DNA of 32,000 nt from contig NZ_SODD01000006.1 of NCBI RefSeq assembly GCF_004365815.1, positions 1 through 32,000 of the forward strand, read 5' to 3'. Under the pieces are notes generated by a model. That model saw only the letters and a list, made by a program, of their open reading frames with translations, was not told the DNA's origin and ran no database searches. A program made the position numbers and the translations under genes. This document shows positions 7,184 through 17,018 of the stretch, one piece after another; positions within the stretch are counted from its first letter, which is position 1; every line of letters starts with the position of its first letter. The DNA comes from Breznakia blatticola (GTDB lineage: Bacteria > Bacillota_I > Bacilli_A > Erysipelotrichales > Erysipelotrichaceae).

Positions 7184-10031
7184 AATCAAATTCCTTATGT
7201 TTGGCAAGGTCTATTGTAATAGTAACAACGTGATTATCGTTTATTTTTTGTCCAGGCATTGTAATCATTAAACCAACAAGATCATCTACAGCACACATAT
7301 CTTCACGTGTTTTATTTATTTTATTAGAGTTTGAAAGATATTTATAATCCTTCTTTATACGATATATTGTCAGTAAAGGCGTTTTTTCTAAACCTACCAA
7401 TTTTCTATATGATTTATATTCTTGTGTGATTCTTTTTTGATTTCTACTTAAGCCTTTAAAATCAACACGTGATGCAAACTCTAATGGAACATCTGCAAGC
7501 AAATCAATTGGTGATCTTAAAATTCTTATATCAATAAGGTTTTTCTCGTCATTTTTTTCACTTATCAATTTTGAACGATTTGTTAATCCTAATCCATAAT
7601 TCTTTACCACCCAAGGATTTTGATCGTTAATTTTCCCTGATCCGTTAAATACGATGTTCCAGTTATCGTATTCTTGGCTAGAGTTAATTTCTTCAAACCA
7701 CTTTGTAAACTGTTCAATTTCGTGAAAAAAACTCGTTTCTTTTGGAGCTTGATAAACTTCCAAAAATGGTTTTATTACCTCGTTGAAATTGACGTTTCTA
7801 CAACAAAGACTTGTTCCGTCATGTGTAACATCAAAATCATCCAATTTTTGTATCAGTACATCTAAGTTTGCTAAGTTTGTAGCGACACTTTCTTCATTAT
7901 TAGAGAAAAGTGTAGTTTGTGTCGAGTACCCACTAAAATCAAAATTGGCATTGATTGCGGCTTGCATTTTATTTTTTGAAGTAATTGCTAGCCATGACAT
8001 TTTTGGTGTACTTTTAATGTTTACACCATATTCTTTTGGATCACATCCATTTTGAAAACGTTCTAAATCACTCCTTAACTCATAATCTAGCTCTGATAAG
8101 AATTCAAATTTTTCTTGTGCATCTGAATCCATCCAAATTCGAGGAAGTAGTTCATAACCTTTACGATACCCAAACCAACGTCCCATTTGCATTAATGTAT
8201 CTGCTTGCTTTACAGTACGAAGAAAATATGTAGAAACCAATCCTTCCATAGTTAATCCTCTAGATAAAGTACTCCCACCAATAACTATAAAAGCTGGAGC
8301 AAGGTTATCATCCTTTATTTCACTAGGATATGCTAAACGAACATGATCATCACTATCACGAGACATGTTGTTCGCGCAGTTATCAACACATATATGCAAA
8401 CCGTTATGATAGTTGAGATTCCCTTGTTCATCTAACTTTATATATGAAATCTTAGATAAAAGTTCTTCAATGTAAATTTCAATTTCTTCGAACATCGGAT
8501 AATCATTTATTTTTCTTGAGTTATAGTCATATAAAGGTAATGAATCTATGAATTTCCCTTTATCAAGTGCTGTTGTCTCGCGCATCCAAACTTTCTTGCA
8601 AGCTTCAATCGTTTGACTAACATTATGTTTATAACTTGTCAAAAGATTATGAAGAGAATGATAAATCGTATTGTGATCGGCTTGTCTTTGACTTACATGA
8701 ATTAATAACGTAACAGGTTTTCTACTTATCAAACTATTTACTTGAAAATGTCGCATAGTAGCTGCTGTACACAAAAACCATAATAAAGAATGCTCTAAAC
8801 TTTTTGGTGCACTAAAATTCAAATTACGTTCAGTTGCATTTTTTAACGCCTTTCTATCAAAATCGTCAGCATTTCTTACAATATCCATTCCATTATAGTC
8901 TTCAACACCACTAACACCAAAGATTTCTTGTGGACCAAAATATTCTTTTGTTTGATCTAAAAAATTTATAAAATTTCTTGGATATAAAGAGTCTATTGTT
9001 GATTCATTTAAAAAGTTTGCATATGGTGTAGCAGTGTATGACACATAATTTATTGCTTTCGCTTTAAAATCTTTATTTTTTATATATCCATTTTTTGTTC
9101 CTTCTACCAAGTCGATGATAAGTTTATTTATCTTTTTTCTCTCATCGTTAATTTCTTCAATTGACAGTGTTTCGTACATATTGCTTGTATTTACACTTGC
9201 CTGATCAGCCTCATCATCAATTATAAGAATCTTCATATTTTTATATTTATTTTCGTCATGATGAAGCCAATCATTTAACGCTTGTAGTCTTTTCGCATTT
9301 TTTAGACATACGGTAAAATATCTTTTTGATTGTCCATCATTAAAATTAAACAATTGTGATTCTTTAACAAAGCCACTTGAAGTAGACGGATGTTCAAGAA
9401 GTTGAAAACTAATATTGCAATTGTCTTGATAATTCAAATCGTTAATTAATCTTTCTTGTGTTTGAATTCTAAGATTATCGATAGTCCCGGATAAAACGAT
9501 GAACATATTCCATCCATAATCAGCAGCCATAGCTATCAAGCCAGCCATATTAGCAGTTTTTCCCGATTGTACATTTCCAACAACCATACCTTTTATTGAT
9601 CCAATTTGTCTTGTATCTATACTTAGTCTTTTAAGAGTTCTATGTGCACTGTCTTCAATTCCTGCAATGGCATCCTCATCGAATTTCTTTCTTTTTAGCA
9701 TTTTTCTGTAATTCACCCAAACAGTTTGATTTCCTTTAGGCACTTCAAATTCATTATTATCAGCTCCATTAGTGATAATCCCCGATTTTTTTGAATCCTT
9801 AAAAGCAATCATCTTTTCTTCACTCTCTTTTAATGATTTTACAATAGCATCCCATTCTTCAAGTGTAATTTCACAGAATCCATCTTCAAATACTTTACGA
9901 TTTAGAAATTCAACCAATCCTCTTTCATCTTTTTTAAGTCCTAGTGCAATATCATCCCAACTAATACCACGTTTTCTAGAATTACGTATCCAGTCACGGT
10001 ATTCATCATATCCTATTCCAAAAACATCCAT
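7173..10031 (-). CDS. Z1-domain protein with an SF2/DEAD-like P-loop NTPase core
   Basis: Walker A GNVQSGKTANMAG (aa 152-164); Walker B/DEAD IIDDEADQAS (aa 270-279); TATPYANF. The C-terminal block GGSTLSRGLTMEGL...DTLMQMGRWFGYRKGY is what I recognise as the Z1-domain signature. AAGGAGG ribosome-binding site. Confidence 0.85.
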   Translation of the reverse strand: MDVFGIGYDEYRDWIRNSRKRGISWDDIALGLKKDERGLVEFLNRKVFEDGFCEITLEEWDAIVKSLKESEEKMIAFKDSKKSGIITNGADNNEFEVPKGNQTVWVNYRKMLKRKKFDEDAIAGIEDSAHRTLKRLSIDTRQIGSIKGMVVGNVQSGKTANMAGLIAMAADYGWNMFIVLSGTIDNLRIQTQERLINDLNYQDNCNISFQLLEHPSTSSGFVKESQLFNFNDGQSKRYFTVCLKNAKRLQALNDWLHHDENKYKNMKILIIDDEADQASVNTSNMYETLSIEEINDERKKINKLIIDLVEGTKNGYIKNKDFKAKAINYVSYTATPYANFLNESTIDSLYPRNFINFLDQTKEYFGPQEIFGVSGVEDYNGMDIVRNADDFDRKALKNATERNLNFSAPKSLEHSLLWFLCTAATMRHFQVNSLISRKPVTLLIHVSQRQADHNTIYHSLHNLLTSYKHNVSQTIEACKKVWMRETTALDKGKFIDSLPLYDYNSRKINDYPMFEEIEIYIEELLSKISYIKLDEQGNLNYHNGLHICVDNCANNMSRDSDDHVRLAYPSEIKDDNLAPAFIVIGGSTLSRGLTMEGLVSTYFLRTVKQADTLMQMGRWFGYRKGYELLPRIWMDSDAQEKFEFLSELDYELRSDLERFQNGCDPKEYGVNIKSTPKMSWLAITSKNKMQAAINANFDFSGYSTQTTLFSNNEESVATNLANLDVLIQKLDDFDVTHDGTSLCCRNVNFNEVIKPFLEVYQAPKETSFFHEIEQFTKWFEEINSSQEYDNWNIVFNGSGKINDQNPWVVKNYGLGLTNRSKLISEKNDEKNLIDIRILRSPIDLLADVPLEFASRVDFKGLSRNQKRITQEYKSYRKLVGLEKTPLLTIYRIKKDYKYLSNSNKINKTREDMCAVDDLVGLMITMPGQKINDNHVVTITIDLAKHKEFDYED

Positions 10032-10080
10032 TTTATTCCTCCTTTAGTATACTTACAATACTTACCAAAATTATTAAAAT

Positions 10081-10118
10081 CAAAAACAAAAGAGATTATT
10101 TGTAAAAACAATCTCTTT
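10081..10118 (-). terminator. Rho-independent terminator of guaA
   Basis: On the minus strand: AAAGAGATT, a 12-nt loop, AATCTCTTT, followed by TGTTTTTG. Confidence 0.7.
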
Positions 10119-10202
10119 ATTTCGATTATAGTTAAATCAAATACTCATGAATAAAGATTGTCCCTTAAATATTATACAATATTTAATTAAGATAATCATT
10201 AA

Positions 10203-11747
10203 CTATTCAAACTCAATCGTCCCTGGAGGCTTACTAGTAATGTCTAATAGTACCCTATTCACATGATTAACTTCATTTACAATTCTACTCGAGATAACTG
10301 ATAGCACATTAAACGGAATATGTGCCCAGTCAGCAGTCATTCCATCAATTGATGTTACAGCGCGAATGGCAACTGCATAGTCATATGTTCTTTGATCTCC
10401 CATAACTCCAACAGAACGCATATTTGTAAGTGCTGTAAAGTATTGCCAAATCTCTCTATCTAATCCTGCTTTTGCAATTTCCTCACGTAGAATGAAATCT
10501 GAATCACGTACAATTTCTAGTTTCTCTTCAGTGATTTCACCAAGAACACGAATACCTAATCCTGGTCCTGGGAATGGTTGACGCCACACCATTGATTCAG
10601 GAAGCCCAAGTTCTGTACCTAATGCACGAACTTCATCCTTAAATAATGTATTTAATGGCTCAATTAATTTAAACTGCATATCTTCAGGTAATCCACCAAC
10701 ATTATGGTGTGATTTGATTGTTTGAGCTGTTTTTGTACCAGACTCAATAACATCTGTATATAATGTTCCTTGAGCTAACCACTTAATATCTTCTCCTTGA
10801 ACAAGTTTTTTCACTTCTTCATCAAATGTATAAACAAATTCATTACCAATGATTTTACGTTTTTCTTCTGGATCACTAACTCCAGCAAGCTTATTTAAGA
10901 AACGTTCTCTTGCATCTACTTTTGTAAGGTTGATGTTCATTTCTTTTCCAAACATCTCCATTACGCCTTCAGCTTCACCTTTACGTAATAATCCATGATC
11001 AATAAACATACAGTATAGTTGATCACCAATCGCTTTATGTAATAACGCTGCAACTACAGAAGAATCTACTCCACCACTAAGAGCAAGTAATACTTTATCA
11101 GTTCCTACTTGTTCACGGATCTTTGCGATTTCTGTATCGACAAAACTATGCATAGACCAATCAGCATCTGCATGACAAACTTCAAAGACAAAGTTTTTTA
11201 AAATATCATTCCCAAACTCTGAGTGACGTACTTCTGGATGAAATTGCAATGTATAAATATTCTTAGCTACATTGCTTGTTACTGCAAATGTGCATGTTGA
11301 ACTTGATGCGTCTTTTACAAATCCATCAGCAAGCTCACTTACTTGATCACCATGTGACATCCAAACAACTTGTTTTTTTGGCAATCCTTTGAAGATTGGT
11401 GAGTCATTCTCAATTTCGATTTCAGTTCTACCATATTCTTTTGAATCACATGCTTTAACCTTTCCACCATTCATATAGTGAGTCATTTGCATTCCATAAC
11501 AAATCCCTAGAATTGGAATCCCTGCTTCATATATTGCTTTATCTACTTTAAATGCATCTTCATCATAGACACTATTTGGTCCACCACTAAAGATAATCCC
11601 TCTAACATCACCTAATGCTTTAATTTCATCTAGACTCATATCATGTGGATGTAATTCACTATAAACTCCAAACTCACGAATACGTCTAGCAATCAACTGG
11701 TTATATTGACTACCAAAGTCTAATACAATAATTTTATCAGCCATCAT
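10203..11747 (-). CDS. guaA: GMP synthase (glutamine-hydrolysing)
   Basis: Full-length match to the GuaA pattern: GATase N-terminus ([27 protein letters not shown]), ATP-PPase SGGVDSS, C-terminal dimerisation domain ending PPGTIEFE. Confidence 0.97.
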   Translation of the reverse strand: MMADKIIVLDFGSQYNQLIARRIREFGVYSELHPHDMSLDEIKALGDVRGIIFSGGPNSVYDEDAFKVDKAIYEAGIPILGICYGMQMTHYMNGGKVKACDSKEYGRTEIEIENDSPIFKGLPKKQVVWMSHGDQVSELADGFVKDASSSTCTFAVTSNVAKNIYTLQFHPEVRHSEFGNDILKNFVFEVCHADADWSMHSFVDTEIAKIREQVGTDKVLLALSGGVDSSVVAALLHKAIGDQLYCMFIDHGLLRKGEAEGVMEMFGKEMNINLTKVDARERFLNKLAGVSDPEEKRKIIGNEFVYTFDEEVKKLVQGEDIKWLAQGTLYTDVIESGTKTAQTIKSHHNVGGLPEDMQFKLIEPLNTLFKDEVRALGTELGLPESMVWRQPFPGPGLGIRVLGEITEEKLEIVRDSDFILREEIAKAGLDREIWQYFTALTNMRSVGVMGDQRTYDYAVAIRAVTSIDGMTADWAHIPFNVLSVISSRIVNEVNHVNRVLLDITSKPPGTIEFE

Positions 11748-11951
11748 TTTCTCCTTTTTTTATCTCACCTAGTGTAACATTTCCGGCAACTTTTTTCTAC
11801 ATTTTGCATACAATATACAAAAGAATGAGAATAGTTATAATACTTTGGATTAGTAATTATTTTTATCTGCTTTTATTATTCGTATTCACTCTATCACTCA
11901 AACAAGTTTAATCATTGAGATTTTTAATAAAATCCATGCTAAAATATAAGC

Positions 11952-13064
11952 ATGGTGAGTATATTTAAATTATTATTACTTGTGTTTCTTATTGTTGTTA
12001 CAGGGTATACAGCATTTAAATACATTGAGATTTTACGTATTAAGAACAAGAAAGTAAAAAGAGGCTTATATACATTTTTGTATTTTTTCCAGTTTATGTT
12101 TATTTTACGTTTCTTCTTAGTTCCTAGACTAACGACACATGGATGGCCAGTGTTATTTATTCTTTGGAGTACAAGTGTATTCTTTATGTTTATTATTCTG
12201 TCATTTATCTTTTTCGCATTTGTATCAATTTACAACATTATTCAAAAACGAATGATTCGTAAATGGTATGTTCCTAGAAGAGATATTATTATGCTATTAA
12301 TGGTATTCTCTATTATTATTGGAACATATTCAACGATTCACGCTCGAGTCATAACAACACAGAGTTATTATGTTCATGTGCAAAAAGAAAGTATACATAG
12401 TGAACTTCGCATTGCATACATTAGTGACTTACATTTAGGAAATTCAGTAGACATTAAAAAACTTAAGAAAATTGTGGATGATGTAAATAACGCAGAACCA
12501 GATTTAGTACTATTTGGTGGAGATATCTTTGATGAACTAACAAATGATTATCATCTAAAGAAATCAGTTGATGTGTTCAAACAACTAACCCCTACCTATG
12601 GTTCTTACTATGTGTTTGGTAACCACGAGGAACATCGCAGCAATCTAGGCATCTATTATGATGCACTTGAAGCAGCAGGTATTACTCCAATTGTGGACGA
12701 TGTGATGGTAGTTGCCGATGATATCCAACTTATTGGACGTGATGATTACACGAAGCATAAAGATCGTCCATCTCTAAAATCACTTGCTAAAAAGCTTGAC
12801 CAAAGTAAACCTATCATTGTTTTAGATCATCAGCCAATCATTGATGACTATCGTGATATTGATTTACAGCTATCTGGACACACCCACGATGGTCAAATAT
12901 TTCCATACAACTTATTGGTTGCAATTCAATTTCCGCACTCTTATGGCTATTTTAAAGAGCCATATCAAATGATAACATCAAGTGGTGCAGGAACTTGGGG
13001 AGTACCAGCTAGACTTGGTAGTGATTCAGAAATTGTAATTATAAACATGATTATGGATAGATAA
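11952..13064 (+). CDS. Membrane-anchored calcineurin-like metallophosphoesterase
   Basis: N-terminal hydrophobic segments, then DLHLGN, GGDIFD, GNHE and GHTHDGQ motifs. The start codon is uncertain because no clear SD precedes it. Confidence 0.85.
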   Translation: MVSIFKLLLLVFLIVVTGYTAFKYIEILRIKNKKVKRGLYTFLYFFQFMFILRFFLVPRLTTHGWPVLFILWSTSVFFMFIILSFIFFAFVSIYNIIQKRMIRKWYVPRRDIIMLLMVFSIIIGTYSTIHARVITTQSYYVHVQKESIHSELRIAYISDLHLGNSVDIKKLKKIVDDVNNAEPDLVLFGGDIFDELTNDYHLKKSVDVFKQLTPTYGSYYVFGNHEEHRSNLGIYYDALEAAGITPIVDDVMVVADDIQLIGRDDYTKHKDRPSLKSLAKKLDQSKPIIVLDHQPIIDDYRDIDLQLSGHTHDGQIFPYNLLVAIQFPHSYGYFKEPYQMITSSGAGTWGVPARLGSDSEIVIINMIMDR

Positions 13065-13065
13065 A

Positions 13066-13091
13066 CAAAAATGAGCTCGTGCTCATTTTTA
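13066..13091. terminator. Bidirectional terminator between convergent genes
   Basis: AAAAATGAGC tcgt GCTCATTTTT. Confidence 0.75.
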
Positions 13092-13805
13092 TTTTGTTTG
13101 ATTGTGTATCCACTGCAGTACATTCATCCAACGTTTCATTAAATATTGTGTGTGACCACCTTCATCAATGTATAGTTCAACTGAACGATTTGGTAATGTA
13201 TCAATTGTTGCTTGAGTTAAATCTTTTGTGAATAGTTTTTCTCCACTTGTCTCCATCCATTCTCGAGTACCACAAGAAAAGTATACTTGTGCTTGGTTAT
13301 TAAGTACTTGATGTTCATTAATAAATGTTAACCAATTTGGATACCAGAAAGATCCTGATAGACTTCCAACACCTGCAAAGTAATCTGTTTGATATAAAGA
13401 ATACGTCGAAAATAATCCAGCAAGTGAAAAACCTGTAAGATATGTAGGAACTTTAGGAATCTGCTGTTCTTCTAAAAAAGGTGGCAGCACTTGTAGTAAT
13501 TCATTTAAATATACCGATGCCTGTCCTGTAAAGTTCTCATAAATATCATGTAATTCACTAACATCCCATGGCGTATACTGTGCATCTCGATTACTTGGTT
13601 GTATCCCAATTACATACATTTCTTGTAATAAAGGATCACGAAACATCTGTCCTAAATTATTAAAAATACTATCTCCATCAAGCACCCAAACAATTGGATA
13701 TATTTTATCTTCTTGTATTTCCTTAGGCCGAAATATATAGATATCCACTTGCTCATTTAGCATTGTTAGTTTCTTCTTTGTAAGTCCTTGTATCATCGTA
13801 TCCAC
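13089..13805 (-). CDS. Alpha/beta-hydrolase, putative esterase family
   Basis: GFSLAGL nucleophile elbow (GxSxG). The overall layout resembles the 'putative esterase' (enterochelin-esterase-like) family. Confidence 0.75.
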   Translation of the reverse strand: MDTMIQGLTKKKLTMLNEQVDIYIFRPKEIQEDKIYPIVWVLDGDSIFNNLGQMFRDPLLQEMYVIGIQPSNRDAQYTPWDVSELHDIYENFTGQASVYLNELLQVLPPFLEEQQIPKVPTYLTGFSLAGLFSTYSLYQTDYFAGVGSLSGSFWYPNWLTFINEHQVLNNQAQVYFSCGTREWMETSGEKLFTKDLTQATIDTLPNRSVELYIDEGGHTQYLMKRWMNVLQWIHNQTK

Positions 13806-14008
13806 CCTTTCTTTCTACTATCATATCATGTTCAATCACTAAAGATGTATCTTGATACATAAATGAAAGCCTTATCAATGATAAATCCGATATTTTGTAG
13901 AGATATTAACTAGATAACCAACGTCATATGTGATAGCATACCAAGTGGACAAATCGTTTTAAAGTGAAAGGAGATAAACTTAGTTTATGCTAAGTTTAAT
14001 GATAGTAT

Positions 14009-14863
14009 ATGAAATTATTAGCATTTGATTTAGATGGTACATTACTAACAAGTAAACAGAAAATTGCTGATTCTTCTTTGGAAGTCATTCGCGCATTTCT
14101 TAAACAAGGAAATCGTATGTGTATAGTTACAGGTCGTAACTATGATTTAGTTAAACCAATTGTAGATTTATATCAACTTGATTGTGATCTACTATTAAAC
14201 AATGGACACCAACTTATCACTAAAGATGGAACCATTCAAAAAGAAAGCAGTATGAGTGATCAAACAGCACGTTCAATTCTCGAAATTCTAGTTGCCTATG
14301 ACTTTCTGTTTACTGTGCATACAACGAAAGGTAAATATATATTTGAAGATATTGATACATTCTTTGATAATCATATGAAAATTGTGAAGCAAAATCGTGG
14401 TGATGATTTCGATGATGTGAAAGATTCTCCACTAATGAAAAAAGATATCTTCTTAGCTAATACGCATGAAGTAACTAGTATTGATGAATTTATAGATACA
14501 GGTGCAAAAATCTTAAAAATCGATGCACGTAACTTCGATGCTGAAAAACGTGTAGAAGGTCGATTACGTATTGATAATTTACCTGAACTTGCTGTCCATT
14601 CATCATATGAAGCATTTATGGAAATTACTTCAAAAGATGCTAACAAAGCAACTTTACTACTTGAATATGCAAACAGTCTACAAATCTCTAAAGATGATGT
14701 ATATGTGTTTGGTGATAGTATGAATGACTATGAAATGTTTGAAACTTTCACGAATACTATTGCTATGGCAAATGCAGATAAACCGATTTTGGAACTTGCT
14801 AAATACATTACAGATACCAATGATAATGATGGAATCTATAAAGCAATGAAAACAATTTTATAA
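14009..14863 (+). CDS. Cof-type HAD-IIB sugar phosphatase
   Basis: N-terminal FDLDGTLL, a cap domain, and C-terminal GDSMNDYEMF. Confidence 0.88.
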   Translation: MKLLAFDLDGTLLTSKQKIADSSLEVIRAFLKQGNRMCIVTGRNYDLVKPIVDLYQLDCDLLLNNGHQLITKDGTIQKESSMSDQTARSILEILVAYDFLFTVHTTKGKYIFEDIDTFFDNHMKIVKQNRGDDFDDVKDSPLMKKDIFLANTHEVTSIDEFIDTGAKILKIDARNFDAEKRVEGRLRIDNLPELAVHSSYEAFMEITSKDANKATLLLEYANSLQISKDDVYVFGDSMNDYEMFETFTNTIAMANADKPILELAKYITDTNDNDGIYKAMKTIL

Positions 14864-14867
14864 ACAA

Positions 14868-14906
14868 ACACCATACCTAAATTAATCCGTTAGGTATGGT
14901 GTTTTA
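14868..14906. terminator. Terminator hairpin between convergent genes
   Basis: ACACCATACCTA, an 11-nt loop, TAGGTATGGTGT, followed by TTTATTT. Confidence 0.8.
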
Positions 14907-14907
14907 T

Positions 14908-16932
14908 TTAACTCACTTTGATTTCTTCTTCACATCTATATAGTTCATTAAGAACTTCAGTTGCTGTATTACATAGTTTCAAAGCATCGATAAAATTCGT
15001 TGTATTTACCATTCGCATTAGTTTCACAATAGCTGGAATATGCTCCTTTCGATCTTTACTAGCTAAACTAAACAATACATTTACTTTCTTTTGACCAAAC
15101 TCTATTGGTTTCTTACTTACCAACAAACTCATTCCACTTAGTTTAATTGAATCTGTATTTCCACAATGGAACAGCGCAAATCGTTCATCTGTCACCGAAT
15201 AAAATCCAGACTCTTCTATCCCTCTCAATATGGTAGTTTGATACTCATCTGTAACTAACTTATTCTCTAACAGAATTCCTGTTGAAAGATTGACTGCATC
15301 CTTCCATCGTGATATAGAATCAACAATACGTATAGATTCGATTCCGATTAAGTCACTAATATAACTATATCGTTGGGGAATGTTAACGTCTTTATAGCCA
15401 AGTTCCTCCTTAATAATAGTTAATGTTTTGTTACGATCTTTATCACTTAAGAAATCTAACCTTCTTTCAATATCAATATAATTTGTTAGTACATTTTTCT
15501 TTTCAAGTCCAAGCTTTTCAAGTTTGGCATGATCTTCTAATGTAAAGACAGCATTTACAACAGCCATTGCTTTTGGAACTGGCAATACTATTTTCGATGT
15601 GGATATAACAACATCAACATCTTCCCATTGTGTATATGCATCAACTTCATAAGCAGAGAAACTACCAACAACATCCACTTGATACTCATTTCTCAACGAA
15701 TCTTTTAATAGAGCTGTTGCTCCATAACCTAACCCACAAATCAGTAATACTTTCTTCAAAGAATTATGACGTAATCTTTGTATACTACCAATAAAATGAA
15801 TTGTTAGATACACAAGTTCTTCCTTTGTAATACTCTCCAGAATAGGTATTTGTTTTGTGCAAGCTTGAATTGCTTCATAAACGTACATATAGCTTTCTGG
15901 AATTACAGTTTCATCCATAGTATAAACATGTACATTTCCTTTGATTCTTTCAAGTAAAGGAGCCACATGATTTAATAATCCCTTAATTAATATTGTATCT
16001 TTTAGAAAATATACTTGTAGTGCATCCGACATCATTGAAATCATACGAGAAATAATATCTTCAGTAAGTATCAAATCTAAATTAATGTCAAGTTCTCCAT
16101 ACTTATTTGTGTAATTTGAATAGCTTAAGATTAAATGTTTTTGATTTGTTGTTAATGTAAGATGTAATATTTCTTCTACTTCAGTGATAGAACTATTTTC
16201 AATATCATTCGTTGATTCATAATGAGGAATTGTATACTTGCGCATAATGCAAAGACATGTAGTAAGCACATTTGCAACATACCAATCAAATGAGTTATCA
16301 CTGAAACTCCATTGCATTCGCTTTATTCTATTCAATATCCAGTGATATAACTTAAAAATAACTTCTTCACCAAATATATTATTTAAAAAGTCCATGACCT
16401 TATTCTCAAATAAATTAAGTGAATCAACTTCCTTTGTCAGTAAATATATGTATTTTTTTATCTCATTCATTCTAACAAGATAACTATTGTCCTCTGATTC
16501 CTTTAAAATGAATTTTCTATCATAAGACAAATGCATCTCATACAATTCAAGTTTATTCATTACATTATCAACATCATTTTGAACAGACCTTCGACTAACC
16601 TCAAGTTCGTCGGATAATCTACGTATATTAAGTTTCTCAACATTAAACAAAATGTAAAGACGGATTAGTGATTCTCTTTCATCGCTAGACAATTGAATAT
16701 CATTATTATCTAGCAATTCATCAAAGATATGAGAATTTGATATTAGAAGCTTTCCTTTTGATTGTTTTTCTATTTGTGGTAATCCACGAACTAGAAGCTC
16801 CTCATTTATTCCTTTAATGTCGTATCGAACACTTCGTTCTTTAATATCCAATTCACTTGCAATTTCTCTAAAACTAGTAGTTTTCTGATTCCTTAAGTAT
16901 TCAATAATTATAAGCATTCGAGCACTTAACAT
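14908..16932 (-). CDS. PRD-domain PTS-responsive transcriptional regulator (HTH + PRD + EIIB-like + EIIA-like; MtlR/LicR/ManR type)
   Basis: N-terminal HTH MLIIIEYLRNQKTTSFREIASELDIKERSVRYDI, and a C-terminal EIIA(Mtl/Fru)-like region. The start is moved to the ATG at 16932, which has GGAGGG 5 nt upstream; the track's 27 extra codons lack a ribosome-binding site. Confidence 0.8.
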   Translation of the reverse strand: MLSARMLIIIEYLRNQKTTSFREIASELDIKERSVRYDIKGINEELLVRGLPQIEKQSKGKLLISNSHIFDELLDNNDIQLSSDERESLIRLYILFNVEKLNIRRLSDELEVSRRSVQNDVDNVMNKLELYEMHLSYDRKFILKESEDNSYLVRMNEIKKYIYLLTKEVDSLNLFENKVMDFLNNIFGEEVIFKLYHWILNRIKRMQWSFSDNSFDWYVANVLTTCLCIMRKYTIPHYESTNDIENSSITEVEEILHLTLTTNQKHLILSYSNYTNKYGELDINLDLILTEDIISRMISMMSDALQVYFLKDTILIKGLLNHVAPLLERIKGNVHVYTMDETVIPESYMYVYEAIQACTKQIPILESITKEELVYLTIHFIGSIQRLRHNSLKKVLLICGLGYGATALLKDSLRNEYQVDVVGSFSAYEVDAYTQWEDVDVVISTSKIVLPVPKAMAVVNAVFTLEDHAKLEKLGLEKKNVLTNYIDIERRLDFLSDKDRNKTLTIIKEELGYKDVNIPQRYSYISDLIGIESIRIVDSISRWKDAVNLSTGILLENKLVTDEYQTTILRGIEESGFYSVTDERFALFHCGNTDSIKLSGMSLLVSKKPIEFGQKKVNVLFSLASKDRKEHIPAIVKLMRMVNTTNFIDALKLCNTATEVLNELYRCEEEIKVS

Positions 16933-17018
16933 AATATCCCTCCATCGCATTTCTACGATATCATATAAAATATGTCCAATACAAATACTGCAGCCACTTA
17001 TTTGTGACTGCATATTTT

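Noticed and set aside
10032-10080. Sigma-A promoter for the Z1 operon in the 50 bp between the guaA terminator and the Z1 start (TTGGTA...TATACT, TTAATA...TAAGTA).
   Set aside because: Spacings are wrong (11 nt) or the hexamers are poor, so I cannot support a specific promoter call. Expression may depend on guaA read-through or on a promoter I cannot recognise.
11748-11951. Purine riboswitch upstream of guaA.
   Set aside because: On the minus strand I could not find the conserved purine-aptamer core: the TATA...GGATATGG...GTTTCTACC...CCGTAAA...ACTA pattern.
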